A DNA stretch of 64,000 bases, from contig NC_134028.1 of the NCBI RefSeq assembly GCF_964204645.1, forward strand, positions 25,230,345 through 25,294,344. Reading direction: 5' to 3'. The position numbers and the translations under genes are program-made. Position 1 is the first letter of the stretch. Each line of letters starts with the position of its first letter. This document shows, in pieces, positions 13,397 to 28,100 of this stretch. The notes beneath the pieces are model-generated. The model saw only the letters and a list, made by a program, of their open reading frames with translations, ran no database searches and was not told the origin of the DNA. This DNA is from Tubulanus polymorphus. Lineage: Eukaryota > Animalia > Nemertea.

Positions 13397-16300
13397 AACC
13401 TCATTGTACACTGTATTACTAACTATACTCGGACAGGTTTTTTATCAAGGCGATAGAGAAGAAACCGCCACCGTGTTCCACCGGAATAAAAGATAATTTA
13501 TAGATATATGTAGGGAGAGAAAAAGGGGGGATAGGTGACGGAATCCATCGGATAAATAGGAGTGAATTGCTATCAATTTGCGTTGAATGGCGAATGTTCT
13601 TACATTTACATAAATACAACAGATCGGCAGATTTTCAATGATATCCTCGGGTTTCTTCTTCATCGACAGCAACATCTTTGATTTGATTTGCAAGTCACTC
13701 TAATGGACTAGGAATAATATATATACATACATACATACACTGCGTCTTCGTCTTAGATCTAGCTGGTGACGTATATTCAAAATGTGACGATTCCGCCTCA
13801 AGACGGGCTGGTTGTGGTCTTAAACGCAATCGAGGCCAAGCGTTGTGGGGAGAGGGTTGTTTTGCATTGCCGTGCTTTACCATTTCGATCTATCAGACCG
13901 AACAGGCTGCCACGGGGAATAAGAGCGCCAAATTCGCGAAAGCATTTATGCAACTTTGCTAGTGTATTCATCATTAAGAGCGGTTGAGGATCCAATAAGA
14001 CCGAGTTAGCCGTCGCGATCACGGATTTGCGTCCAGTTCAATCCAGACGTTGGCTGCAAAGAGTCGCGAACATATATATCGAAACTGGATGTAGATACAA
14101 TTTCACAACTTCATTTGAGTCAAGGGAAAGCATTGCAGTTATTTCGCATTCATACAACGAATTCTAGTTTTTTGATACACATAATGATTGTGATGGTCAG
14201 TAACATTCAGCTGATACATCCGGGTAGTCTCGGAATCCGGCGGAATTGCCCGAATACTGTTAACCTTCACGACAATAGATGATGTCTGATTTGTCAGACA
14301 TTCGCGATCATCGAGAATTTGTCCGTTAAGTCGTTATTATCGAATTCAATTTCCTTTCCTTTATGAAAATTATTCTATTTCAGTCATTAAAGCGGTCAAT
14401 CTGCGGTCGAGAGGAACTCATTGTAAATTCTGTCTATTTGATCTTCACCCGAATTTCAACTTAGCCACGAGTGAGTTAACTATTCGTGGTACTGGTTCCC
14501 ACATACACAAACACGCGTCACATGGCCAGACACAGTTTGACAGCTTCTTGCGTCCTACATTCCAGTTTCCGATCAGTCAATAAATCAATCAATCAATCAA
14601 TCAGTATATCCTAATGTTAATCTGATTGATAATAAAACCCGGTTTTGGCAAAGCTTACGCGGACACCGATTCAACTTTGACTGGGAATCTGTCAATTTTG
14701 ATTAATCCGTCGTGAATGCAAGATCTAGATTTAATTCGGCGCCCGATATGATTCTCAATCGTAAATTGTTACAGTGTAAGTAACGGATTTCGGTTAGGCT
14801 AATAACGTCTGAATACTGTCTGCGATAGACGGACGGCTCCGAGTAAGTCAATGCGCATACACGGGGATTTAACAACTTTAGAGAACCACTCAGCTATAGC
14901 TTCCAAGAACTGACATCCTGCGCGTATCACCTGAATTTTGGACGACAAAGAAATATGAATAGATAGCACTCGAGACAATTGCCTATATTTTTGTCCTTGG
15001 ACGGGCGAAACGTGCTCGATTTTATCGGACTCGGGAACACTTCAGTGTCATTAGCAAATAAGAACATAAGCTTCAAATTGTACGATTGAGAAGCTCTTGT
15101 TTAGCTGTTGCTATAGATAATTTCAAAGAGTCGATTTACTTCGTTAGAATGTATATTGTACAACTCGGGATTTGCTCCCACATTCATGAATCCAATGATT
15201 GAAATGTTCTTATTATTTCGGTTTTTCAAATAATCTAATCCAAACCTATATACGTCTCATTTCACTGCGGAATCGGAACCTAATTGTTTGAGTGCAAAAT
15301 GTTAGTCGTTGAATCGAACGAAAATTGAGAGTTATTCTGGAAATAAAGTCGTAATCATACGGCAGCGATACCGGGTCGTTGAGTTTCTATGTCAGCGAAT
15401 TTCCTACGGGATATTAATAAAGCGGTTTGTTTCTGCTATCACTGTCGTCACTTCCGCTGCGAACACTCGTTGCACTTCCGCTGCAAATTGCTGTCTTACA
15501 TTAACGTTTACGTAACGCTACAACAGGGTTACGGCGTTCTCTGCTCTGCATGGAAACGGCGTTATATGCTGAGGACCCCGGCACGCGAGCGCACTCGACT
15601 AATTCCCCCATTACGACGTAACTTCTATTCCAAATATTACACAACCATGAATTCGCCGGTCATTACCACTTACAAACTGTTCATTACGCGGGCATTTGTT
15701 TGCCTAAGCAGGTACCACTTCTCCTAGCGAAGATTACCGAATCTACCCGGGGAATAATTCAACGAATCCGACCCGGTCCTAAACCCAAATTGTCTATTCA
15801 GGCCGTATGCCGTTTATGGTACTATTGGGGTATAATCAACGCTTCGGTTTCCCATTACCCGTGGCACCGACAGAGCCGACACAAATCCTCCGAAACCGCT
15901 GTAAAAATGATATCTTTTTAATGGGAAAAGGTGGACACTATAAATAGGAAAATAACCGATGAGGTTATTTATGACAATTTTGTAGTTTCTCAAACCGAAC
16001 CGACTTAGAGCAGCTAGCTATAAAACTCGTTAATGTCGAATATAACTCGCAACTTACGGGCCCAAACAACATTAAAGCATTTGAGAAACTAAGGCCAGTT
16101 GGTTTAGGAGTCAACCTGTGCATAACTGATATAGTGACAATTTAAACTGCATTGTCGGGTACATATTTTGTTTTTTTTAAGTTTCGTCTTACCCATACCT
16201 TTGATACCATGGATAAATTAGTATCACATGATAGCTTAATAACTTTAGGGTTAGTCACAGTATTACGAAGCTACATGTATTTACCAAATGGTTGACTATG

Positions 16301-17024
16301 AGCAACTGGCCAAGAATGAACAGTGGTCTTAGATGAAGCTGTCTTTGGGTCAGGGTTGTTATCGGTATCAAACCACAGCAAATATTTCATTACCCATAAT
16401 AATACCGAACAATAAACCAATATATACCATGGCGCATTCTTAAACCTTCCAACGTGGCCATTTTAACCTAGGTCAATACTAAACTGCATCAGCCTTGCGC
16501 TAAGCTATATTCACAATTAAAAGACCTTTCAGAAACTAGAACTCTTTTATAGAAAGATGCTTATTGATATATTGGCGTTATGTAGTGTCGTTTATATGAG
16601 TGTGACACCTTTTCTATTGAGCTGGATAAATTGTAGCTTATCATTCCAGCCAGACAAACGGTAATTGTAGATCCAATACGCGGTCTCCCCGGTGATGATG
16701 GATGCGCGATAATTTCCTGACCACAAAAATACCCCGAGGAATCGGTCGATCGAAAAGCACTTGAAACGCAATTTAGTCACGATTGCGGTTCTCAGTACCA
16801 CTACCCCGGCCTCGGTAATGATTCCGTCTTTTGAACGATAGCTAGAAACATGGACGGTCGAGACCACGTTTTAGCGTAAATCATTATCGGGTATAGGCCT
16901 ACATCTTTATAGTTTTTTTTGTCAACCAATTGGGTGAAGGCAAACAGCACCGAATTTTGTCGATAGCAGTCAGTTTTACGTAATTGACTTTTATATTCGG
17001 CGTTTGGTACATAACCCAATAAAT

Positions 17025-17260
17025 ACTAGTGCACCTTGTGGAGCCTTGCGCGCTACTAGTGGATTCCTCTATTGCACTACTGTACACTAGCGACACCCGG
17101 CGGATCTTCACTTGCCACTAGTGGAATCATATATTAGTTGTTCTTCTCCTAATGTATACTAGCTTTGTGGTGCGTAGGTTGGTCACTTGCCAAAAATGGA
17201 ATCATCTATTGACACAGTAGTTGATGTCCTACTGCACATAAGTGACACCTGGTGGATTCC
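17025..17260. repeat. Dispersed degenerate satellite-like repeat
   Basis: actagcgacacc...ggatc...cacttgccactagtggaatc units. Other copies lie at 38005-38245 (inverted), 50818-50882 (inverted) and 56884-56920. Confidence 0.65.
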
Positions 17261-19083
17261 GGTCAACGATCGAAATATTGAGTCTATAGAAAATAACCCT
17301 AAAAACCTTGCCTTTTGTATCATGTATATATACTAGGTGTAGCGGTGTCGCATAGATAATTACATGAAGTATTCATGTCTAGAACCGTCTCCGTCTCATT
17401 CAAGGGTAAATCCTTCGTCTTCCTCTGTCATCATCTCTAGGTGGCATATGTTTTGATGTCTTGTCGTTCGGCGTATGTGTTCTGTGTCAAATAAACGCCA
17501 TCACCAAGCAACCGCGCTATCTTCACGCTAGAACGATTTAGAGTCATTAAAGTCTATAGAAATCCGTCATTCCGATGGTAAACATCGGTGTCCAATGTAA
17601 GTAACAATTTTCGCACAGTCCACACGCGTTTATTTCGCCCTGCGGGAATAAATTCGTCGGTGTAATCGCGCAGATATAGATAGCATTGAGTATTAATTGC
17701 GTGTCCTCGAAATCTTTAAGAAGACGGTCACTCGCTTTCGCCGTATCCTGCGGACTTCTTAAAATATTTATTGATAGATAAATCTCTTTCACGGCTTACG
17801 CGGATCGGATTTATCCGAATCAGTAGCATTATGCGGGGAAACTTCAGCTAGTTACTTAAAGACAAATATATACGCCTCGTGTATGGGCGGCCATTTCTAC
17901 CAAAATCAACCTTTTCGTACATTTGTCTGTACTTCGATAGAATTTCTATCGTCAAAATGTCCAAGTGATGCCCACGCGTAACGTCAAATCATCTAACGCA
18001 AGCAAAATAACACCAGATAGCGAGAGCAGGAAAAATGTGACAAATATATCTGTATGGTGTCGCCATCTGGTGTTATTTTGGTTGTTGTATGATGACGCTA
18101 CACTTAGACATTACTTAGACCCATTGATGATAGACATAGATATTCTATTCTAAGTACAGACTAATCATACGGAACGGTTGATTTCGGCGGTAATGGCCGC
18201 TCATACTCAAATTCCACAATTAAAAGTCAGTTGCGAACATTCTTCGGTTGATATCCAAACGATTAGTTTAACGGTAAACACAAAGCTATCATCTGCGGCA
18301 CTTTGTCGAAGAGAGCATTTTCAAAGGTACCCGAACGGAGCCGTTGAGAATATGCAGGTGGGCGATGTAACGTAAGTTAGCTAATTCTCTGGAGAGGGCA
18401 GGACTTGTTATTCCGCCGGAGGTTCACGCGCGTTTCGGAAAAAAATCACAGCTAGCCTCAGCGCGTATACAACGACATCTTTGTGGATGAAATAATTGAT
18501 GTGTCACGGATAGAGGATTACAGTTACACTGACTCGACTCCCCCGGAGACCAGCTGTAGACCGATCTTCCGTGAAATTTAATTGCACATTTTGCCAGAAG
18601 TAATTTCTGGCCGTTGAACGCGCATTGAGACGCATTTGTCGACAATCGTTCGACGAATATTGCGTTAGGTTTCTTCTTATCCGCCAGTCTATTTTCGAGC
18701 GAACCTAAATGCCTATCGAAAATCGAATTATCGCAGGGATATTTATGAGTAAAATTAGTGTTAATTTAAATTGACAGCGTATACAGAGTATCCTGACGCA
18801 TCTTCGGGGAGTACGCCTTAATTCGTTCAGCAATATTAACGAGCTGTAATCACTGGACAGTGACAGTTTGACTTCAGGGGAGGGAGCGATCTGTATTTCA
18901 TTGCCCGGCTAATAGAATGTATGCACGGACGTATAGTTCAAACGCGTCATAATGACCGTCAATTGTGACTTCAACTTAAACTGCGTTTGTTGGCAGTAAT
19001 CCTGCAACCCGGAACACCTGCCCCTCTTGAATGGGCTCATGTCTGGGCAGTATATTCATTGGGTACAGATTCCAGAATGAGAG

Positions 19084-19160
19084 TGCAGGGTCCGGGCTGA
19101 AGGATGCAGTGTCCAGGCTGAAGGATGCAGTGTCCAGGATGAAGGATGCAGTGTCCAGGC
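19084..19160. repeat. 21-bp tandem repeat, ~3.5 copies
   Basis: ggctgaaggatgcagtgtcca repeated. Confidence 0.9.
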
Positions 19161-19704
19161 AGTAGGTACCTGTATTAACAGCCAATACTATGACGTCACA
19201 TGCAAAGATAATCTCGTATACAATTGTTTTCAGTTCACCTGCACCCGACATCAAAATCCATCACCGATTTCCATAAAACTGAGTTCAATTTTGTATCGAA
19301 ATCTTGGGACGAACATTGCCACTCTTTTCGACTACGAATTCAGTATGCTATCGACCTTGAAAGGTTAATCGTTACGGCCTTGGAAGATTATTTCTACTGA
19401 CAAACGCTGCAATTAAATATCAATCATAAATTCTTAAAAGCCTTCGGGTGCTATTAAAGTTCGAGTAAACTCGCATCTATTCGAAATTGACATGCGCCGG
19501 AGCAGGCGATGCACGCGTTGCCGTAAATTTCAAAAAGTCAAATATGAGAGAATATGTTTATCGGCTGATTCAATAAACCTTATCAGAGAATAACTCAGGC
19601 GCATAATTGTTTTTTTTCTACAAAATTGAATATCATATTCAGATCAAATGATATATCACCGAAAAGCGATGTTTGGCTGTGCGCGGGTGGTATTCATCTT
19701 TCTC

Positions 19705-19707
<3 letters not shown>

Positions 19708-19787
<80 letters not shown>
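19708..19787. repeat. (CT)n microsatellite
   Basis: Seen directly. Confidence 0.98.
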
Positions 19788-19791
<4 letters not shown>

Positions 19792-22700
19792 CCACCTGAT
19801 GGAAAATAATTCAAAACATATTTAATATCATTATTAAATACACCCGCGTTGTATATTTACACAACGCTGATTCGGGTTCAATTACTCGAATTCAAGATTA
19901 GGTTTTTCGTCAAGAAAAACGTGAAACAAACATTACCCGAACGCGCTATGTCGGAATTATAATATCGAAGAATTTTTGAAACGGGGAATTTTGTGGGAAC
20001 GAACGTGAAAGTAAATGAGAAGAAATAAATAAGTGCATGGACTCGATGTAATTGATGATGATCGGATATGGATTCTGTTGAAGCTACTTATGAAACAGTC
20101 ACAAGACAACAACAGAATTTCCATCGTCAACTCATTTTCAATAACATGAACCTTTATCTGGTTTCTTAATAACGTATATAAGGTAGTCGTTTTTGAATGA
20201 CAGGATCCTTTCTCATATTGTGTTTTAAACGTGTCATAAGTCATTGAAATCTCGCTTAAGTCGCCGTCGTTGGTAGTTACAATAGTTTCTGTTTATAATT
20301 ACAGTTTAAGGGGATACACGTGTAAAGTAATCATACGATGAATAAAAAATGTTTTTTTTATAATTCCTCAACAATTATTTAGAATTTTCCGGATTTTTTT
20401 TATACTCGCCATTGCTTCTATGTATAGTAATTTGCGTACTTCGATGAAATAAGTTCGGTTGTTCACCGAAAAAAAAGATACGCCAATTTCCTGCGCTCTA
20501 AAACGTGTTCATTACAATCACTGCGTTCTCCGATCTATCATCGAGTTTTTCTCGAAGACGTATTAAGCTCGTAAGCGGCGCGTCTGTGATGGCGTAAGAG
20601 ATGTCGAACTTGATAGCATTTATCGGGCGTTCTACATACATTAATACAAATCATGTCGAGTCTTCGGGCCACAGGAAATAGAATGCACAGTCAAATGACC
20701 GCGAGAAAGGAAATGAACGCAGCGATGTAGTTTTCCATCGTATTGACCGTATCTTCATATAGGGAAGGTTACAAATCTTAAGGTCCAGGCGTCGGTTGGT
20801 CCGATTGGTTATTAACCTTGCTTAACGGGTTGTTTATCCGAGAATGATCTCGGTGATTTCTTGGTACGGATTCGCGTGTCCGTTGTGGTCACGGAGTACG
20901 CGCACATAGATCATTAACAGTGATCCTAATTGACCCGCACAACGCAGAATGACTTCTTTTTACGAGCTGAAGAATGGACTCTCGTCTCTAGAATATATAG
21001 CCTATTTAGGTCTTATCCGTGGAATAATAAACCTTGCAACGAAAAGGCCGAACAAAACTTATCAAATCGTATCCGATCGACTCGGGTCAATTCCATACGT
21101 ACTTTATCATCTAAACGTTTTTTTTGCGAACTAGCGCGAGAGTAGTTTCGCTGCTCCGCAAATTATCATAGATATGAGCAAAGATACATGAACACGATGT
21201 ATTTTTGATATAACGTATAATAAACATAAGTCTGCGCAAAGCAATATCAATTTTCCAGCTAATCAATACAGTTATTATGTCATTAAGCGATATCAGCACC
21301 AGTTGCATTGAATAAGATAATTAGTTTAGTATTACGAGTCAAGTTAACGGAATCTATTCTAGATTGGTACCATATGTTAATGCATTTTAAAGGGAGCATA
21401 TAAGGTATGCAATGAAACCCACAATAAAGAGTACAGAAAAACTAACGAGGTAATCTGACGTTTCGGCTCAATTCTTTGATCCTTTTTTTGAAATTCAGTT
21501 AGATATGAAATATCTATCAAAATGAACTGATGCGACGATATCAGAACTTTACTTAACTGGCAACTGTTGAACTGGTGCTAGAAGAATATAACTGATATAA
21601 TGATATAGATATGAGCATTTGACTTCTTTATACAGCTGTCTCGTGTATGTTTATAAGCAATTATTCAGCGTCGGTCCATCCACTGTGACGCCGCATCCTG
21701 CGCTCTCCTTTTTTCTCTCGTCTTGTCTGATCATGAAGTTTTTTTCTGCCGATGATCAAAAGTCTCGGCGAGTGGATAATGCGGGCTGATTTTCCGCGCT
21801 ATTAGACAATAATTTTGTCTTTAAGCCCCGGGATGACGCTCTGACGGTGCCCTCTTCAAATCAGGCGTGATAATGCCTACAAGTCACCCATACGAGATCA
21901 GCTACATTTCGATATACAATAACGAATTCGTGTACAGTAGCCTCCTGTATACAAGGACGGCGATTTTTTTTATCATATATAGACCAGAGACCAGGAAGCG
22001 GAACACCGCGGTTTAAACCGAATATCGCTTATTATAAAACTTCACGACATTTAAACACTGGTATATTAGCAAGAAATCATGGGTTCGAACCCTCCACCAA
22101 TCGATTATCGGTCAAGGTATACAAGTCGACCGCGTACAGGTTTCCAACAGAAAAACCATGTTTCACGGTTTGCGCCACTAGAAAACAGAACACAAAATGC
22201 CATAAAACATATATCGCCATTGATATGTTGTTACAGTCTCGGACATTGTTACAAAAATATATCGTGAGGAATTGTGTGAAAAGTTTGCGAAACCTTGAAG
22301 AATTTGACGTTTCGATTTTTTGTCTCCGCCTGTATTTGCGCGTTCGGCTTAAGCCACGAGGACAGACGTCGTTTACGCGACGAGTCAGTGACTTCAAGTG
22401 GATATGAGGTCGTAGATCGAGCCAGTTAGCCTGCAGCTATATCGACTGCTCTCATATAACGGATGTTTGTGTTGTTTGGTGTATTTTACTTGTCTCATCC
22501 ACTTCGACGTTATTCGTAAAGTGTATTTACTCAAGCAAGCAGACGGCGTGTGAGACAGTTGATAAAACTCGGTTTCATCCACAGATTCATCGCAAACTCG
22601 TCGATAGCATTCAAGTCACCAGCAAAGGCAAAGCTAAGACAGTGTAACTCCCCATTTTTTCGATACTAAAACAGGCCCGTTGCCAGGTGGGTCCGCACCT

Positions 22701-22958
22701 ATCCAAAATGGCTTATTTCAGACGTAAAACTGCAACAACAAGTTAATTCCATAGCGTTTGGTTGCATAATTTTTTCAATCGAAACAGTGCGGCCTCTAAG
22801 GAATGCGTGTTTTACAAACAGGTTTCAGCAGTAAATGTTTTATCTGATAATGATCTGTATGATTCTATATTCGAGCAAAAAACAGCTCAACTATGAGATG
22901 ATGTGTTGGTAATGATATGTACGGCGTATTTTTCAACAAAAAGCACGTTCAAAAATCT

Positions 22959-23052
22959 GGGACCGTATTCACGAAGCGTCCGAACGTGCCACGTAATTCT
23001 GCGTCTCTAAGTTCACTCATCAGTCCGGTGCTACGTGAGTGAAAACGGTCCC
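22959..23052. mobile_element. 94-bp MITE-like element
   Basis: TIRs gggaccgtattcac / gtgaaaacggtccc with 1 mismatch. Confidence 0.6.
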
Positions 23053-23686
23053 TGTTCATTTCTGGATATGATTTTGCACGGGTGAATTCTTCGAAAAAAA
23101 CAACTTTAGGGCCTCCTGGCTACGGAAATACACAAGACTGGATCGCATTCCGCGTGAATTTTGCCGCTTCCAGTTTGACGCCGGAAGGTATCGATAAAAC
23201 GCTTGTTGTTGATGTTCATTAAATTGTCTCGAAAAATTCGTTGAAAGGCCGAGATTTAACAATAATTATCGTGAATTTGAGCTTAGTTTCTAATTGAAAT
23301 TTGAGAATTATCGAGTTATTACGAAAAGGCATCGACCGAAAAGTAGAAAATATGAAGCTAAAACAATATCGGCCGCATCCATCGCGTTAGCTTCTAATCG
23401 AGTTGTTTTGAATATCCGGGAGCAGAACTTTGTATCTCTTCAAAAATTGATGCGCGAGAATGATATCGAGGCGATTTATGAAGTGGTTCAGTGATGTTTA
23501 ATTTTAATCGCTTTTTCCAATAGCCGCACTCATCATCGGGCGTTTTTTACTGGCCCAGTTTCATGACGAATATGAATTCATCGTGATATCTATCCTATTA
23601 GATTTCTGGTCCGCTGTATGACCGCGTGACGGGTCACGCCGAAACGTTGTGGTTTCATTTCACTATTTCATCTCCGTCTTATCCAG

Positions 23687-24039
23687 TATCGTCGGGACTG
23701 CTGTGAATATTTCACCGAGTTGAGGTGAATCAAGGAATTCCGTTATCGTCGGGGCTGCTGTGAATATCTCACTGAGTTGAGGTGAATCTAGGAATTCATT
23801 TATCGTCGGGACTGCTGTGAATATCTCACTGAGTTGAGGTGAATCAAGGAATTCGTTGTCGTTGCGGCTGCTGTGAATATCCCACTGAGTTGAGGTGAAT
23901 CAAGGAATTCGTTGTCGTTGCGGCTGCTGTGAATATCTCACTGAGTTGAGGTGAATCAAGGAATTCGTTGTCGTTGCGGCTGCTGTGAATATCTCACTGA
24001 GTTGAGGTGAATCAAGGAATTCGTTGTCGTTGCGGCTGT
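23687..24039. repeat. 56-57-bp minisatellite, ~6 copies
   Basis: ctgtgaatatctcactgagttgaggtgaatcaaggaattc unit at 23701, 23758, 23815, 23871, 23927 and 23983. Confidence 0.95.
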
Positions 24040-25067
24040 TGAGAATCAGGGAAATGGACGATTTATTTCTTAACAAATGATGATAAAACTCACCGACTAG
24101 AGCGATGCGATTCACTCGAGTTGACTGGTATTGAGTTGCGAGAAATCTACTTTATTTCTTACAGATTTCTAGTGTGGTCCATTCTCATTGACACGCATAA
24201 ACATTACGAGTAATAATAGTACAGCCATATTCAATGATTTATATAACTTTTTTCACACGTTCCGAGACAATACTGATCGTAATTATACTGATGGTTAGGT
24301 CACTCAGTGCTGTTTATATTTCCTCTTTGTTTTTTCCAAAATCGTGTCTCTGTGACTCTTATTGCATCTGGCCGACAAAAGAACTCGGTCGCGATTTTCA
24401 TTTCTACCCCTGCCCCATTTACATTATTTCAGTTCGCGACGACGCTTCTTTCGGTGAGAAATCGAGGCGGCCTAGATTTAAAATCCGAGTGATTATAATA
24501 ATAATAATAATAATATTAAAGTCGAAACGCATCCAGCTGAAAAATTCAGTCAAGGTTAAAAAAAAGTATATTGATGAAAAACAAGGCAAACATGCGGTAA
24601 CAATATTGAATCGGGTCGTGGGCTGCATTTTAGCTCAAATATATATAAATACCGTGCAACCTAACTAGTTCCATCATATGGAATCAACGTCTGTCTGGTA
24701 TTATTGTGGTGTTGTGGAAGTTTTTCTACTTAATCTATTATGAAAAATGATTACAACAGGCGAAATACATATGGATATTGATAATAATCAGTCGGGTCTC
24801 CGTACCACCGGGTGCATCCATTACAACTAATTGATTTATGAAACAGACACGATTATGTCTACCAATTATTCCGCTCTGTGTTTTGCCGTTGAAAAAAAGT
24901 ATGTTCGTTAAGGTAAAAACGCATCCGAAATTCGCTTTTATTTATCCCTCTTTAGATTTTCGCTTTCGATTCCGACGAATTATTTCAAGTTCAGGTAGTC
25001 TAAATGATGAGGAGAGAATCCCACAATGATAATAAAAAGTCCGAAAATGAAACTTCGAGATAGTAGT

Positions 25068-25114
25068 TTATTTCAACGTTTCGACTATATCCTAATAGTC
25101 ATCTTCAGGAATAA
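25068..25114 (-). ncRNA. Minimal type I hammerhead ribozyme motif (Penelope-like element remnant)
   Basis: Minus strand reads UUAUUC-CUGAAGA-U-GACUAU(UAGGAU)AUAGUC-GAAA-CG-U-U-GAAAUAA, giving the core, a 6-bp helix II, a palindromic ACGU helix III and helix I. Confidence 0.7.
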
Positions 25115-28100
25115 TGAAAAATCGCGTCAACACGGATATAGTGTTCTACCAATCGTGAGTTTAAATGATAACTTGAGGTCACAACAAACCTACATTTCGT
25201 GTTGAAAAATTCAGACTAATTCTGGTTGATATTTGCTGTAAGTATAACGATTCAAAGTGATATCAAGTTCGCTTATAGCTTTATATCATCTAGAAATAGG
25301 AAACTGAGATGCCCCTTATTTATTTACTGAATTGATTGATGGATTGGATCTGATGCTTGTTAGGAAATGCGATTGCTTTTGATATTATCTTTGAAACAAC
25401 TTGTCTGCCATCAATAAGGCTTCTCAAAATGAACTACTCAAAAAGATCTAGTAAGTGAAAGAGACTGAAAAACTTTTTTTAGGTGTCAAAATATTCGTCA
25501 ATTTTCATTCAATTCGACAAATCAAATATCAAGCCCAGAATTGAATTTCTTAATTATTTTCTAAATTGTTTTTAAATCTTGAACTGCCCCCGATTATTTA
25601 ACTCTATTCAAGTTCACGCGATCGTATGATCGAAAATAACGATGGACATTGAAAGCAAAATACATCTTAATTTTTTTCAAGGAAATATCACAACGAACGG
25701 GGACGTATTTGTACATAGTCTTTTTTTGGGGGGGGGGGGATTCTGAACGACAGACCCGTTTTCTAAATATATAATCGAAAAAGAAAAAAGACAAATCATA
25801 AACTATAAATTCTTTGAAATCATAAATCCAGATAATGATGAATTAGAAGTGAAGTCGTGATTGAACTGTCGCTGGTATTCACAGTATTATGTCTCTAACA
25901 CACACACACATACCGCACGATACACAATATCGATTGTTTTAATTCATATTTAATAATTCTACATCGACTGCGCAGTTTCTAATTTAATAACTATACATTT
26001 ACACAGCGATAGATTCTGTGTTAGTTTATTAATTTCTCTATAGTATGCGAGCAGCTCTAACCGAGGTTGCGGCTAACGGCGCTATCATACGACTGTGCAT
26101 GGACGTCCACACGATTTTTCATGGGAGCTCGAACATTTCTTTAAATGGGGCCGAATCCACGATTTTACAAATTGTATTCTTAATATTCATCCATTGTACT
26201 TCTTGTACATTATAATCATTCATAGAGCTGTAGTCCTGTTATCAGATAACTGTATCTAAATTGTTTCCTTATTGGAAAAAAAAGGAAAATAAATATTACA
26301 GGCTCGAATCGAGCATCTCCGACAAATCTGCTAAATACCGGGGATAGATCTTGGTGTACGAAGTCTGGAGTGAACTGCGTAAGTCATGGAATATTTCTCA
26401 TTATTGTAAAAAGACACTGTGGTCTAAAAGGCACCCTTGCGGACTCCCGATACTATTGGCCACAAGATTGTGGACTAACTCGCGCGGTAATCGGTAGTAC
26501 CTCCCTCCCACCCCTTTTCCGAGCTCTGCATCCGTCTGTTGCTCTGTCTCTCCGTCTCGAGTCGTGGTTTAAGCAGCTGCCCCGGTTTTTAGTCAATATC
26601 AACCGAGCGTAGCATCCAGTTGATTTCACATCATCGTTCATTATCGGTCGTCTCTCATCTGTTCGTACGCTCTCTCTCTCTCGTTCACTCGCTCACTCGA
26701 AGCCGACGCATGGTTCTTGTTCTCTGTATCTCTCGCTCTCAGCTCACTCGCTCGTTCGCTCGCTCGCCGTGTCTCCGTAGAATATACATATATACTTTCT
26801 CTGAATTACGTACAACAAACACACGCGTTTTCACACGCGACGACGAAGAGTCTAACGGAATGTAACTCACAGAATCATCATCGCCAACGACACAGGATCG
26901 TTTTAAATCGAGTCTCGGCGTTGAAATGTTTGTAGATTATAGATGATGCTCCACAGTCGTTTGTGATATATATGAATATATCTATATACCGGACTTCTAT
27001 ATGACTACCGGTCGGTGTGATGAAGTCCTATGTACTACTATTACTGTATTCCTTATTCGAGATTTTACCGAATCTTGTTGGTAAGTGCAACAAATTTCAC
27101 TATTTTACCACCTCCACTGAATAGACGCTTTTGACATTTTTCAATATTGTCTAAATATATATTAATGCTATCGATTGATTGATCTCGGTTTTCCTGGTGC
27201 GACTCGTACATACGCCAATAGCTGTAGGTAGCAGATTATTAATGGATATTTCGTTCGATTTGAATAATTCTCTAATAAAAGATATGATACATTAGATTAT
27301 ATATACATTCTGAGCGGTAAGAATCGTTGTCATATCTGACCAGTTTTTCTTTATCACATAATATATTTAAGTATTTCTTGTAGAAGGAAATGTAACCAAC
27401 CTCGAATCTGATTTGTATTGATTCATCCGATTTTAAATTCAGTCGAACTTAAGAAGTTTTGTAGTTGATCTACGATGTTTCGACTGAAGATGGCTATGAG
27501 TGGAAACACCGTTGAATAAACTACAAGCTCATGGAAATATTTTCGGTCTTTGTTTTTTCTTATTTATAGTTGAAGAGTCTCTTTAAGGTAATCATTGTAT
27601 TATTGCTTAGGATGTAAAATAAATGATGGATCATTCATTGTCCCTATAAATCCACAAAGTATGCGTATGATGTAAAAACCTGGTTTCTTCGAATATTTAA
27701 TTTTCATTCAATTATCCAATCAAATGGATCCCTGCGAATCTAATAGTTTATGCGGTTCGTTTTCTACCCGATTAATTGCATAGAATGCTGAATAAAAGAC
27801 TGGATGGTTTTATATTCGAATCTATTTTCAAAACATCGCTATTCATCAAGTATTTTCATTCGGCAGCTGGGAAATGCATCCTCAAATCGCGTGACTAATT
27901 TTTGATACAATTCTTACGAAATAATTCAGTCGCTTTCAGATGATTTCCACACAATTTGATGAATACATGATTTGAATCGAAACGTATATAGTTAACGGTT
28001 AGACCTTCGAACAACCAACCAGGAAAAAAATTCAAATCTTCACCCGTTTCGTTGGAGAAATAGATTCATTTTTCATTTGCTGGTAAATCGTAATTTTCGA

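Noticed and set aside
23687-24039. CRISPR array or coding repeat (ORF 23900..24115)
   Set aside because: Plain tandem repeat with no unique spacers. The ORF is a by-product.
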